Source: Candidatus Villigracilis proximus (GTDB lineage: Bacteria > Chloroflexota > Anaerolineae > Anaerolineales > Villigracilaceae). Taken from it: a stretch of DNA of 64,000 nt. A program made the position numbers and the translations under genes. The notes under the pieces are model-generated. The model made no database searches. It worked only from the letters and a program-made list of their open reading frames with translations, and was not told the DNA's origin. Position 1 is the first letter of the stretch. Each line of letters starts with the position of its first letter. Location: contig JADKBB010000005.1 in NCBI GenBank assembly GCA_016715195.1, positions 30,053 to 94,052 of the forward strand. The letters are read 5' to 3'. Below, piece after piece: positions 10,213 through 20,002 of this stretch.

Positions 10213-10320
10213 CCATCAGCGAGCTGATGGACTCCATAAAATAAAAAGAGAGGGTGAAGTTTTATCGCTTCATCCTCTCTCTTTTTTTCTTCTCTTTTGC
10301 GGACTGAAGTCCGCGCTCCA
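10213..10320. repeat. Two TGGAG-footed REP-like hairpins (10213-10236, 10299-10320) flanking a terminator-like stem (~10244-10290)
   Basis: CCATCAGC-GA-GCTGATGG-ACTCCA; GCGGAC-TGAA-GTCCGC-GCTCCA; AGAGAGGGTGAAG...CTTCATCCTCTCT followed by a T-run. Confidence 0.6.
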
Positions 10321-10330
10321 GTTTTACTGG

Positions 10331-10984
10331 TTAATCGTCTTCTTCCAGATCGCGCATGGAGCAAAGGGATTGCAGTTCTTTTTCGCGTGCGTATTGTTTT
10401 TTGAGCAATGGATCAGCAAGGACTTTATTTGGAATCACATCTAAATTTTCGATCCAGTTTACAAATGATTCCAGATAAGGTTGATTTTCGTCTGATTTGT
10501 GTCCTTGTGCTGAATGCATGATTGGGCGGAGCTCATCCGGAAGTTTTTCAGGCTCATTGCCGAAATAATAGAATTGCTTGGAGGCAAGCGCGTACAGCCC
10601 GCTCAGGTCTTTTTCCTTATTTTCTTCCTTGTGGACGCCGGTGCGCATTTTGGGATCTGAGCCGCCTGTATAGTTATAGATGCAATCGCCCATGCGCATA
10701 CGATAATCGATATTGCGCCAGTCTGGTTTTTTCTTTGGCACAAAGGTCTTGCAGAACTGGTCATACTCTTCCATTGTCATTTTGCTGGTGACTTTCATGG
10801 CATACACTAAATGGTCTGAAATATCACCGATGGGAGATGTCGCTGACCCGAGGCCGACGACCCAATCATCCACTTCAGCGGCGCGGCGGATGGCGGGTTT
10901 ACAGATCACAAGTGTGCAAATGCCCCAGAATGGGTTGGGGGCGGCTCCGCCGTCATAGCGTACTGTGTACGAAAATAATTTCAT
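10331..10984 (-). CDS. Nmad2-like (nucleotide modification associated domain 2) protein
   Basis: N-terminal signature SY.V.YD.G.APNPF.G.CTL..CKP.IRR.A...DWVVG; later GD.IY and S..FYYFG. Confidence 0.75.
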   Translation of the reverse strand: MKLFSYTVRYDGGAAPNPFWGICTLVICKPAIRRAAEVDDWVVGLGSATSPIGDISDHLVYAMKVTSKMTMEEYDQFCKTFVPKKKPDWRNIDYRMRMGDCIYNYTGGSDPKMRTGVHKEENKEKDLSGLYALASKQFYYFGNEPEKLPDELRPIMHSAQGHKSDENQPYLESFVNWIENLDVIPNKVLADPLLKKQYAREKELQSLCSMRDLEEDD

Positions 10985-11022
10985 AAGTTTCCTTTTTTTG
11001 AAACGTGATTATCAATCCGAGA

Positions 11023-11289
11023 TCAATATAAATCTTCATCGTCTACAATGGCGGGCGGCTCGGTGACCAGCGCATGAGGCCAGGCTCCGCTTTCATTTAA
11101 CATGGCAGCCAGTTCGTAGGGTGTGAGTAGATATTCCAACTCCTGCGCTTCAAGAAAGTCCACGATCAGTTTGTGAGGCGGTTTTTCCGTTTTGAAGCTT
11201 TTTTGAACGCGGCCAAGAAAGAATTTTGCGCTTTCCTGTGAAATTTGAAATCGCGAAGCGATTTTCTCGAAGGGTTTGTGGGTATCCAT
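11023..11289 (-). CDS. Hypothetical protein
   Basis: 88-aa ORF with TAAAAT 6 nt upstream of the ATG and an acidic tail. Confidence 0.6.
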   Translation of the reverse strand: MDTHKPFEKIASRFQISQESAKFFLGRVQKSFKTEKPPHKLIVDFLEAQELEYLLTPYELAAMLNESGAWPHALVTEPPAIVDDEDLY

Positions 11290-11406
11290 ATTTTTATTTT
11301 ACCGCTTGTTGCGTAAATTGTTTTATTCCCCTTTGTGCGATACTCCATATCTGAAAAAGTGTTGTAAAGTGTTGTATAGTATGTATAAAATAACGGAGGT
11401 GCCCCA

Positions 11407-11649
11407 ATGACTGAGAAATACACCAAAGGCGAAATGCATGGCTGCGTTGTCTGCGGAAAGTTGTACCAACTTTATGTGATCACAGATGCAAACGGAAAAT
11501 ATGTGGATGCAAAAGTAATGAGCGCGGGTGGAAAACTTGTGCCTCATTCGCAGCGTCCACTGGTTGCGTGTGATACTCATTCAGATGAGCAGATCGAGCT
11601 TGCCGTGGCGCGTGCGTATGGTCTGCAAAAAGAGGACGATGAAGATTGA
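11407..11649 (+). CDS. Small putative Zn-binding protein (CxxC...CxxH)
   Basis: GGAGG RBS; CVVCG and ACDTH motifs. Confidence 0.65.
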   Translation: MTEKYTKGEMHGCVVCGKLYQLYVITDANGKYVDAKVMSAGGKLVPHSQRPLVACDTHSDEQIELAVARAYGLQKEDDED

Positions 11650-11713
11650 CAGGCATTTAAGAGACGGATTATATTAAAATGGCTATATATATTATTACGA
11701 CTGGAGGTTTAGA

Positions 11714-12229
11714 ATGAAAAATAGAATCTTTGGAGCTGCGTTGGTTTTTCTGTCTCTGGCGCTTGGTGCATGTAATTTACCCAGTGGTGCGCCGGTTACA
11801 GAAGCCCCGTCTGTTCTGGCAGATACGTCCACGCCGACCGCCGCGCTCTTCGTTGAAACATCTACATCAACACCTGAGGCTTTGGTAGTGTCTACAGATA
11901 CCGCTTCGCCGGTGCCGCCGCCGCAGGATCCGCTGGTGCTGCGTGCTACTCTGTGCTGGCAGGGTCCAGGTCCGATATATGATGTGGTCAGCGCATTGAA
12001 GCAAAATGAACGGGTAAAACTACTCGGTCGCGGCAGTATTTCTGGCTGGTTTGTAATAGAGAATCCCATCTATAAAGATCCGTGCTGGGTTGCAGAAGGT
12101 GAGTTGCAGATTGATGCCGGAACTGACCTGACGAACTTAAAGATATTTAATCCGCCGCCCACTGCCACTCCCACCAAGCCGCCAACATATACACCAACAC
12201 CTGTGCCAACCCTTACTCCAGTTCCTTAA
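11714..12229 (+). CDS. Lipoprotein with Pro/Thr linkers and an SH3-like domain
   Basis: Lipobox LGAC, CWQGPG..Y..V..L...CWV core, GGAGG RBS. Confidence 0.75.
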   Translation: MKNRIFGAALVFLSLALGACNLPSGAPVTEAPSVLADTSTPTAALFVETSTSTPEALVVSTDTASPVPPPQDPLVLRATLCWQGPGPIYDVVSALKQNERVKLLGRGSISGWFVIENPIYKDPCWVAEGELQIDAGTDLTNLKIFNPPPTATPTKPPTYTPTPVPTLTPVP

Positions 12230-12370
12230 TTTCCCGCAGTTTTTAATCCCCAAATAACACCTTCCAGTTCGGGAGGTGTTATTCGATTCGGGCTGATCAC
12301 CTTTAATTTGTAAGAAAATCACATACCTGACAGTCTCAATATTTATCTTGCACAAAAGGAAACCCCTGAT

Positions 12371-13657
12371 TTGAACGAAAACATCGAACGCCCATCCTTG
12401 TTACAAACCTATACACGTAGTTTTAGTCCGCTCAAGAATCGCAACTTACGTATTTACCTTGGCGGACAAGCGATTTCCCTATTAGGCACATGGATGCAAA
12501 CTGCCGCGCAGAGCTGGGTCATCTGGGAACTTACCAAATCTGAAAAAGCGCTTGGCATTGTGGTCATGTTAAACAGCCTGCCGTTGTTACTGCTTGCTCC
12601 CTGGGCCGGCGGAATTGCTGACCGCTTCAACCGCCGCTTTATTCTGATCGCCACACAGATCATTGCCATGCTTTCGGCTTTCACCCTCGCAATTCTGATC
12701 CAGACCGGCCTGATCGAGATCTGGCATATTTATGTTTCAGCTCTTGTCCTCGGCATTATCTCCGCGCTGGATTTCCCCGCGCAGCAGGCATTCATCGGTG
12801 ATATGTCTGGCATGGGGCAGGTGCGTCAGGCGGTGACTCTCAACATTATGGCGCTGCAACTCGCCCGTATGCTGGGCCCGGCTCTCGGCGGTTTCCTGCT
12901 CAAAGCTGTGGGCAATTCCATTTCGTTTTGGATCAATGGCTTTAGCTTTCTGGTGGTCATTATTAGTTTGATGTTTGTCCGCTCGCATCAAGCCGAGCAC
13001 AAAGGCGGAAGTTCACGCGGACAATTTCGCGAGACCGTGGATTTTCTCCGCTCGCAGCCGCGCATGATCGACTTAATGATCTTCGCTTCGCTCGTGACCT
13101 TTTTCGGGCTCTCCATCTTCAACATTCTCCCCGCTGTGGCAGACCACGTGCTGCACGGAGATTCGCAAACTTACGGGCTTTTATTCGGCGCCTCAGGTGC
13201 CGGGGCATTGATGTCCACGCTGTTCCTGCTTCCGCTTTCGCAAGCCGCGAAACGCATCGGCCTCATCATCACTGCCGCCGCCGCATGGATGGGAACTTTC
13301 TTCCTGTTATTGTCACAGTCCTCGTTTATTTCGCTTTCGATGGTTTCCATATTCTTTGTCAGCCTTGGCGCACCGTTGGTATTAACCACAGGATTGGGTG
13401 TCATGCAGCTTATGGCCCCCGGTGACATGCGCGCGCGCATCATCAGTCTCTTCACCATGTTAACCTTTGGCTTGCAGCCCATTTCCTCCATTATTATTGG
13501 TTACTCTGCAGAAACTCTGGGCACACAAAATGCGATTCTGCTCAATGCTTTATGCCTGATTACCGGCGCTTCCCTGATGTTCTTCTTTCGTAACGGATTA
13601 CGTCAATGGGAATTGAAACCCATTGTCCCGCCGATCATCTCTTCAAAGGGAAATTAA
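12371..13657 (+). CDS. MFS transporter (MFS_3/DHA3-like)
   Basis: About 12 TM helices; GQAISLLGTWMQ and GGIADRFNRR motif A. Confidence 0.9.
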   Translation: MNENIERPSLLQTYTRSFSPLKNRNLRIYLGGQAISLLGTWMQTAAQSWVIWELTKSEKALGIVVMLNSLPLLLLAPWAGGIADRFNRRFILIATQIIAMLSAFTLAILIQTGLIEIWHIYVSALVLGIISALDFPAQQAFIGDMSGMGQVRQAVTLNIMALQLARMLGPALGGFLLKAVGNSISFWINGFSFLVVIISLMFVRSHQAEHKGGSSRGQFRETVDFLRSQPRMIDLMIFASLVTFFGLSIFNILPAVADHVLHGDSQTYGLLFGASGAGALMSTLFLLPLSQAAKRIGLIITAAAAWMGTFFLLLSQSSFISLSMVSIFFVSLGAPLVLTTGLGVMQLMAPGDMRARIISLFTMLTFGLQPISSIIIGYSAETLGTQNAILLNALCLITGASLMFFFRNGLRQWELKPIVPPIISSKGN

Positions 13658-13664
13658 AAAAACA

Positions 13665-13715
13665 CACCGATCAAAAAAGTTCTTGAGGCAATCTCAAGAA
13701 CTTTTTTGATCGGTG
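13665..13715. terminator. Perfect 23-bp inverted repeat between the MFS and kinase genes
   Basis: CACCGATCAAAAAAGTTCTTGAG-gcaat-CTCAAGAACTTTTTTGATCGGTG. Confidence 0.6.
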
Positions 13716-13788
13716 ATTATATTTGGCTTTTAATTCATGTTGGAGTATCATCGCCGTATTTAAAAAATCCCCGCTTGAGGTGTGCAAA

Positions 13789-15371
13789 ATGTCATCCGCA
13801 GATAAATTCATTCTTGCAATTGATCTTGGTACATCCGGTCCCAAAGTTGCCCTGCTTTCTGTACAAGGTGAATTGATTGGGAGTGAGTTTGAGGAAACGC
13901 CGGTTTTACTTCCGCCCGGCGGAGGAGCCGAACAGTCGCCGCAGGTTTGGTGGGATGCGATTGAAACCGCGGGCAAACGTCTGCTTGCGAAAGGGCTTAT
14001 CTCCAATGATGATATTGTAGCCATTGCATCTACGTCGCAGTGGTCGGGCACGGTAGCTGTCGATCGGGAGGGTGACGCAATCGGTAACGCCATCATCTGG
14101 ATGGACTCACGCGGCGCACCTTACATCCACAAACTGATGGATGGTCCGCTCAAAGTGGAAGGATACGCGCTCACCAAACTTATCAAGTGGATTCGTCTAA
14201 AGGGCGGCGCACCGGGGAATTCCGGCAAGGATCCGCTCGCACACATTTTATATCTTCAAGATGTTCAGCCTGAAATCTATCAACGTGCATATAAATTCCT
14301 TGAACCTATTGACTATATCGGCCTGCGGCTTACCGGTCAATTTGCTGCATCATTTAATTCAATTACTTTAAATTGGATGACAGACAACCGCGACATTGAA
14401 AATGTGACCTATCACGACGGCCTGATCAAACTCTCAGGCATCGACCGCGCGAAACTCCCCGACCTGAAACCTGCCAATGCGATTCTCGGGCATATCCACC
14501 CCGACGTAGCCCGAGCCTGGGGGCTGCGTGAAACTGTCCAAGTGCTGATGGGCTCACCGGATGTTCACTCAGCTGCCGTTGGGTCGGGTGCGGTGCGTGA
14601 CTTCGAGCCGCATCTCTATATCGGAACATCCGGCTGGATGACTTGCCACGTCCCGTTTAAAAAGACAGACCTGTTCCACAATTTAGCCGCACTGCCTTCC
14701 GCCATTCCCGGCCGCTATCTTCTCACAAATGAACAGGAATGTGCCGGCGGATGTTTGCAATATTTGCGGAACAATGTTATTTTTCCACAGGATGAATTAT
14801 CACAAGGAGAGCGGCCCGCGAATGCATATCAATTGCTCGATCAAATTGCTGAACGCACGTCCGCGGGCAGTGACAATTAATTTTCACACCCTGGCTTTAT
14901 GGAGAACGAACACCCGTTGACGATCATCTCATGCGCGGCGGATTTCATAACCAATCCTTAAATACAACCCGTGCGCATATGGTGCGCGCTGTTTTTGAAG
15001 GGGTTGCTTATAATATGCGCTGGTTGTTGAAGTATGTGGAACAATTCAATAAACGGCCGGTGACTTCTCTTAATATGGTTGGCGGCGGCGCGAAATCAAA
15101 TATCTGGTGTCAGATCCATGCGGATGTATTGAACCGTCCCATTCAGCAGATGAAAGACCCGATGGAAACCAATGTGCGCGGCGCGGCACTACTTGCGTCG
15201 GCCGGACTCGGATATTTGAAGTACGATGAGATCGGCACACACGTCAAGATTGCAAATACATATACGCCTAATCCCGATCACCGCAAAATTTACGATGAAT
15301 TATTTGCTGAGTTTGTCGCGATCTATGAAAGTAACAAGAAAATTCACGCGCGATTGAATCGGCAGCATTAA
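13789..15371 (+). CDS. FGGY-family (xylulokinase-like) kinase; frameshift near 14878 is a probable error
   Basis: [25 protein letters not shown]. One added T restores [13 protein letters not shown], joining to RAVFEGVAY...[13 protein letters not shown]. Confidence 0.85.
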
Positions 15372-15418
15372 TTATTTACAACGCGGGCTTCGCTCCGCGT
15401 TGTATTGGAGGATCATTC

Positions 15419-16921
15419 ATGAGTTGGAAAGACAGCATCTTTAAACAACTGGGGAAACTTAATCCACGCTTTTTGGCTTCGATTGAAAAAAGCATGAAGG
15501 CTATTCCCGGCATCAGCCAAAAAATAGACGGCGAATATGCGGGCATTATGGTTGATCTGGAAAATTCAGCCAAACCATACAGAAATAAATTTACAACCTT
15601 TGCGCAAATCCCGCAAAAGGGACGTGACCACTCTGATATTTTGCGTGAAATGGAATCGATGCGTGAAATGGAAGAATCGCACTGGAAAGATGGGTTTATT
15701 TCAGGCGCGGTCTATCATGGCGATCAGGAACATATTGATTTTCTGAATAAAGTCTATGCCATTAACTCACAGAGCAACCCGCTCCACGCAGATGTATGGC
15801 CGAGTGCGACCAAATTTGAAGCTGAGATCGTAGCGATGACCGGTGATATGCTCGGCGGCGCGGGACAGGATGTCTGTGGTACGCTTTCATCGGGTGGCAC
15901 GGAAAGTATTATGCTGGCGATGAAAACTTATCGTGATTGGGCGTTGGAAACAAAGGGCATCACCAGACCCGAGATGATCGTTCCGATCACTGCACACGCG
16001 GCATTTGATAAGGCCAGTCAATACTTTAATATCAAGACCATTCACGTGCCCGTGGATGAAAACTTCCGTGCGGATGTGAATGCGGTGCGAAAGGCGATCA
16101 CATCGAATACGATTGTGATTGTTGGTTCCGCACCGTCCTTTCCGCATGGAGCGATTGACCCGATCGAAGAGTTATCTGCGCTTGCGCTCCAGAATAAGAT
16201 CGGCTTTCATGTGGATGCCTGCCTCGGCGGATTTGTCCTGCCGTGGGCTGAGAAATTAGGTTATCCCGTGCCTTTGTTTGATTTCCGTTTTCCGGGTGTG
16301 ACTTCCATGTCTGCGGATACACACAAATATGGATATGCTGCGAAAGGTACTTCGGTCATTTTATATCGTGGACAGGAATTAAGGCATTTTCAGTATTACA
16401 CCACCACAGAGTGGCCCGGTGGTTTGTACTTTTCGCCAACCTTTGCGGGCAGCCGCCCCGGTGCGTTGAGCGCTGCGTGTTGGGCCGCACTGACCACCAT
16501 CGGCGCCGATGGATATTTATCTGCGACCAAAAAGATTATGGAAACAGCAGCCATGATCAAGCAGGGAATTCGTGAGATTCCCGAACTGCACATATTGGGT
16601 GATCCGCTCTTCGTTGTGGCCTTTGCATCAGAATCGATCAATGTTTATAAAGTGCTCGATTACATGTCACATAAAAAATGGAGCCTGAACGGTTTGCACA
16701 AGCCGACTTGTGTGCATATTTGCATCACTTTAAGGCACACACAGCCCGGCGTTGCAGAACGCTTCCTTTCTGACCTGCGTGAAGCAGTTGAACACGTGAA
16801 ACAACACCCTGCAGAAAAAGGAACCATGGCGCCTGTTTATGGAATGGCTGCAACATTGCCTTTGCGCGGCATGGTGAGTGATTTGCTTAAGAAGTATTTG
16901 GATGTGATCTATAAAGTTTGA
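15419..16921 (+). CDS. Sphingosine-1-phosphate lyase-like PLP enzyme (group II decarboxylase fold)
   Basis: [47 protein letters not shown] (PLP Lys) and W.GG.Y.SPT.AGSR. Confidence 0.88.
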   Translation: MSWKDSIFKQLGKLNPRFLASIEKSMKAIPGISQKIDGEYAGIMVDLENSAKPYRNKFTTFAQIPQKGRDHSDILREMESMREMEESHWKDGFISGAVYHGDQEHIDFLNKVYAINSQSNPLHADVWPSATKFEAEIVAMTGDMLGGAGQDVCGTLSSGGTESIMLAMKTYRDWALETKGITRPEMIVPITAHAAFDKASQYFNIKTIHVPVDENFRADVNAVRKAITSNTIVIVGSAPSFPHGAIDPIEELSALALQNKIGFHVDACLGGFVLPWAEKLGYPVPLFDFRFPGVTSMSADTHKYGYAAKGTSVILYRGQELRHFQYYTTTEWPGGLYFSPTFAGSRPGALSAACWAALTTIGADGYLSATKKIMETAAMIKQGIREIPELHILGDPLFVVAFASESINVYKVLDYMSHKKWSLNGLHKPTCVHICITLRHTQPGVAERFLSDLREAVEHVKQHPAEKGTMAPVYGMAATLPLRGMVSDLLKKYLDVIYKV

Positions 16922-16944
16922 TGTGTATCTATTGATAAACCCCA

Positions 16945-17361
16945 TTAACTTGTGAATAAATATAAATGTCCATCGGGTGTTTGTTCGACCCGCAATGATT
17001 GAAGTTTTTTACTGGCTGGACCCTGTTTCACCTTCCCGTCCGCGTCAAACTTTGACCCGTGGCATGGACAGGTAAAGCCATCTGTTTGCGACTCGACGGC
17101 ACAGCCGAGATGTGTGCAAACCAGACTCAAGGCTGAGAATCCGCTTTCGGTGTGCAGCAGAATGGCAGGGATTTCTTCAAGCACCGTGCGTGAATTCAAT
17201 GGATACTTTTCTACAGGGCCGAGGTTAAATTCTGTTTGACGGGCAGGTTCAGTTTGGAAACTCAGAAAACGAAGCAAGCCGCCCAGCGTGAGTGCGCCGC
17301 TTAAGTAGAGAAATCCATCGCGGGTTAGTTTTAGAAAATCACGGCGGGAAATTTCAGGCAT
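16945..17361 (-). CDS. Rieske [2Fe-2S] protein with Tat signal (QcrA/PetC-like)
   Basis: MPEISRRDFLK, TM helix, CTHLGC...CPCHGSKF. In this assembly it is in frame with the end of the upstream cytochrome. Confidence 0.85.
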   Translation of the reverse strand: MPEISRRDFLKLTRDGFLYLSGALTLGGLLRFLSFQTEPARQTEFNLGPVEKYPLNSRTVLEEIPAILLHTESGFSALSLVCTHLGCAVESQTDGFTCPCHGSKFDADGKVKQGPASKKLQSLRVEQTPDGHLYLFTS

Positions 17362-18572
17362 TTGATTCCTCTCCACCGCATGGCATTCGTGACAATATTG
17401 CGAGCTCTGTTCATCGGGGTTTTGCTCACAGGCTGTGCCCATTACAGGGCGGAAATTAAATTTCTGATTCGTAACTTTGCCGATCATTTCATACGTTCCG
17501 TCTGATAAGACACGGGTATTCCAAAGCGGTTCGCCTTGTTCAGTGACAAGGATCGTATCGCCAATTTTTAGATCAACCACGGGGTTGAGGAATGACATAC
17601 GGAAAGCAACATCGTTTGGGTCGTTCAATGTTTTGGTCAGCGGTAATTCTGTCAGCGTACAGTGGCATGTTTTGCATTGCACGTATTGAATATCTTTTGA
17701 TTGTTGTGCAAGTCACCATCGCCCATCGCTTCAGAGCGGGTGTGGCAGTCTACGCAGTCCAACGTGTATTCGCACTGCGTAAATTGCGCGATAGGTTGGT
17801 AGTAATCATCAATACGTTTTGTCGGGGTATCGGTTCGCTCAATAAATGTCATTGTCCGCAAGTCGTAGTTGCCGCGGTTGTGGCAGGCGTTGCATTGGGT
17901 GTATGGAATGGCAGTTGTGAGTTTATGCTGCTCAGTGGAATGACATGCGGCGCAGCCCGTTGCACGTGCATACGCGTCACCTTCGCGCGGCTCGGCATGG
18001 AGATGACAGGTGAGACATTCTTCACCAAATTTTTGTATGAACGGATTGGCGTCGCTGGATGGGATGAATGGCTCAAGGATTGTTATTCCCGTTTTCGTTT
18101 GCTCGTCAACCACAGCCTGAATGCCGAGATGGGCATTCAGATCAGTCTGCGCGCCAAATGTATAGCGGATATTTGCAATCGCGCCCGCATACGTGGATTG
18201 GACGCTGGTCATCACGCGCTGGATGTGATGACGATCATCCGCTTCGCTGCCGCTGTGACAGTTGCTTCCGCCGCATGAGATTTCCGCTACTGAAAGATCC
18301 GATGGGTTCGCTCCGCCGCGCATGGTGCTGTGCGCGAGGTCGGCGTTAAGCGCGAGTCGTTCGCCGCCGTGACAACTGACGCAGCCAAATGTTTCGACAG
18401 GATGTGAGGCGCTGATCTCTGGCAAGTCTGCATGGCAGGTAGTGCAATATTCGGTTTCGCCTGAGAGGGTTGGGGTAAGGGCGATGGGGTTGGGTTGGCG
18501 GGAGTCGTTCCACCATACAAATAAGATGGCGAGAAGTAAGAAGAAAGAGGAAAGAAGTAGGAGGCGGCGCAT
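17362..18572 (-). CDS. Multiheme cytochrome c (8 CxxCH + 1 Cx4CH); frameshift near 17697
   Basis: CTTCH, CVSCH, CGGSNCH, CLTCH, CAACH, CNACH, CVDCH, then after the shift CKTCH and CHECH; N-terminal signal/TM. Confidence 0.85.
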
Positions 18573-18625
18573 TTGGGGAAGGATGAATTATGAATGATAA
18601 AGGTATGAATACTTGTTTACGTGTT

Positions 18626-19647
18626 CTACATGTTTATAACTGTGAGAATAAAAATGAACAAGGCAATAAATCCAATGGTTACTTGTGCCACTCGATTTGA
18701 TTTTGGGAACCAGGTGCCGATGTCAGAGTCAGCGGGTTTGGGGAAAATGTATGGGATAAGAGCGACGAGGGTGAGAATGCCAAGAGGGATAAGAATACCA
18801 AAGATAAACGGGTCACCCCATTTGAGCATTTGTTGAATCCAGAGAAAGAACCAGGGAGCGTGGGCTTCGCCTGTGACGGTGGTGCCTTGTGTCATTGCTG
18901 CGGCAATGGGCGCGGGGATAAAAATGGATAGCAGAATAAGCGCAATGCCAACGATGAACATTGCCAGCACTTCGCGGCGGACGAGTTCGTTGCGCGAGAT
19001 GCGGGTATTATCGGTGCGGACTTGCGGCGGCGGGACGGCAATGCCGCCATCTCTACGGACGCGGAAGGCGTGCCAGATGCCGAGGATGATGACAGGCAGG
19101 GTCAAGCCGAAGATGTGCCAGACGTACATGCGCAGCAGGCCCGTGGAGCAGGCTTCGCCTCCGCCGATGGCGATGCGGTGAAGAGAGTCGCCGATGAGCG
19201 GAATGGTTTTGAGCAGGTTTGTGCCTGTTAACAATGGATAGCAAATGTCCACATCCCAGCGCAGGATGTAGCCAGTGAAATCAAGCAGAATGGAGATGAC
19301 AAAGAGAGCGAGTCCGAGCAAATAGTTGAAGCGGCGCGGATGGCTGTATGCGGCAGTGAAGACGACGCGCAAAAGATGGATGGCTGAAACGATCAATAAA
19401 AGTTGCGCTGACCAATAATGCAGGTTGCGGATGAAGCCGCCAAAGGGAACGTGATATGTGAGAGTTTGAACGGAAAGCGCGGCTTCGGCTGGATTGGGAA
19501 CGTAGTAGAACATTTCCAAAATGCCAGTGACGCCGAGAATGAGCATGAGGAAGACGGCTGTCCCGCCTGCGCCAAAGTGTATCGCCAGCGCGATTGTGCG
19601 GCTGGGATTGTTGGGGGGTGAAGGTGATGGAAGAAGGAGGGGCGCAT
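18626..19647 (-). CDS. Cytochrome b/b6-like protein fused to a subunit IV-like region; frameshift near 19573
   Basis: RNLHYW...AIHLLRV, FTGYILRWD and VWHIF...IWHAF give four heme His. The Qo-motif position reads APWFF. The N-terminus MRPSFFHHLHP is in another frame. Confidence 0.85.
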
Positions 19648-19722
19648 GGGGGAAAGGATGAATGATGAATTATGAAGGATAAAAGAGTAATTAGTAATTG
19701 GTAAATCGTGAGTGGGGATTGT

Positions 19723-19783
19723 AACCCCGAAGGGGTGTAACGATTATAGCAATGGAATTGTGTTTTCCGAACCCCGTAGGGGT
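19723..19783. repeat. Pair of REP-like palindromes AACCCCG(A/T)AGGGGT
   Basis: Copies at 19723-19736 and 19770-19783. Confidence 0.55.
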
Positions 19784-19799
19784 GGCATTGTTTTTTTAC

Positions 19800-19835
19800 A
19801 AACACCTCCCGCGGATGTTCGAGCGGGAGGTGTTT
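19800..19835. terminator. Stem-loop between the NrfD-like and cytochrome b genes
   Basis: AAACACCTCCCGC-N10-GCGGGAGGTGTTT. Confidence 0.55.
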
Positions 19836-20002
19836 TCAGTGTAGATCAATGCCTGTCGAAACAGAATCAGGTTTCAGATTAAGAAAGAGGCGCTGATCTT
19901 AATCGCCTGCGTGGGCTGCTGGGAGATGTTCATCCTTATTGCCTATGGAGGAGGTTGGTATGTAAATTAAGAAAGCAAGCTGCGAGTTTATAAGTTAGTT
20001 CT

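Noticed and set aside
16945-17682. 245-aa ORF as a single cytochrome-Rieske protein
   Set aside because: Its N-terminal half is the frameshifted tail of the multiheme cytochrome, and the Rieske part has its own Met and Tat signal.
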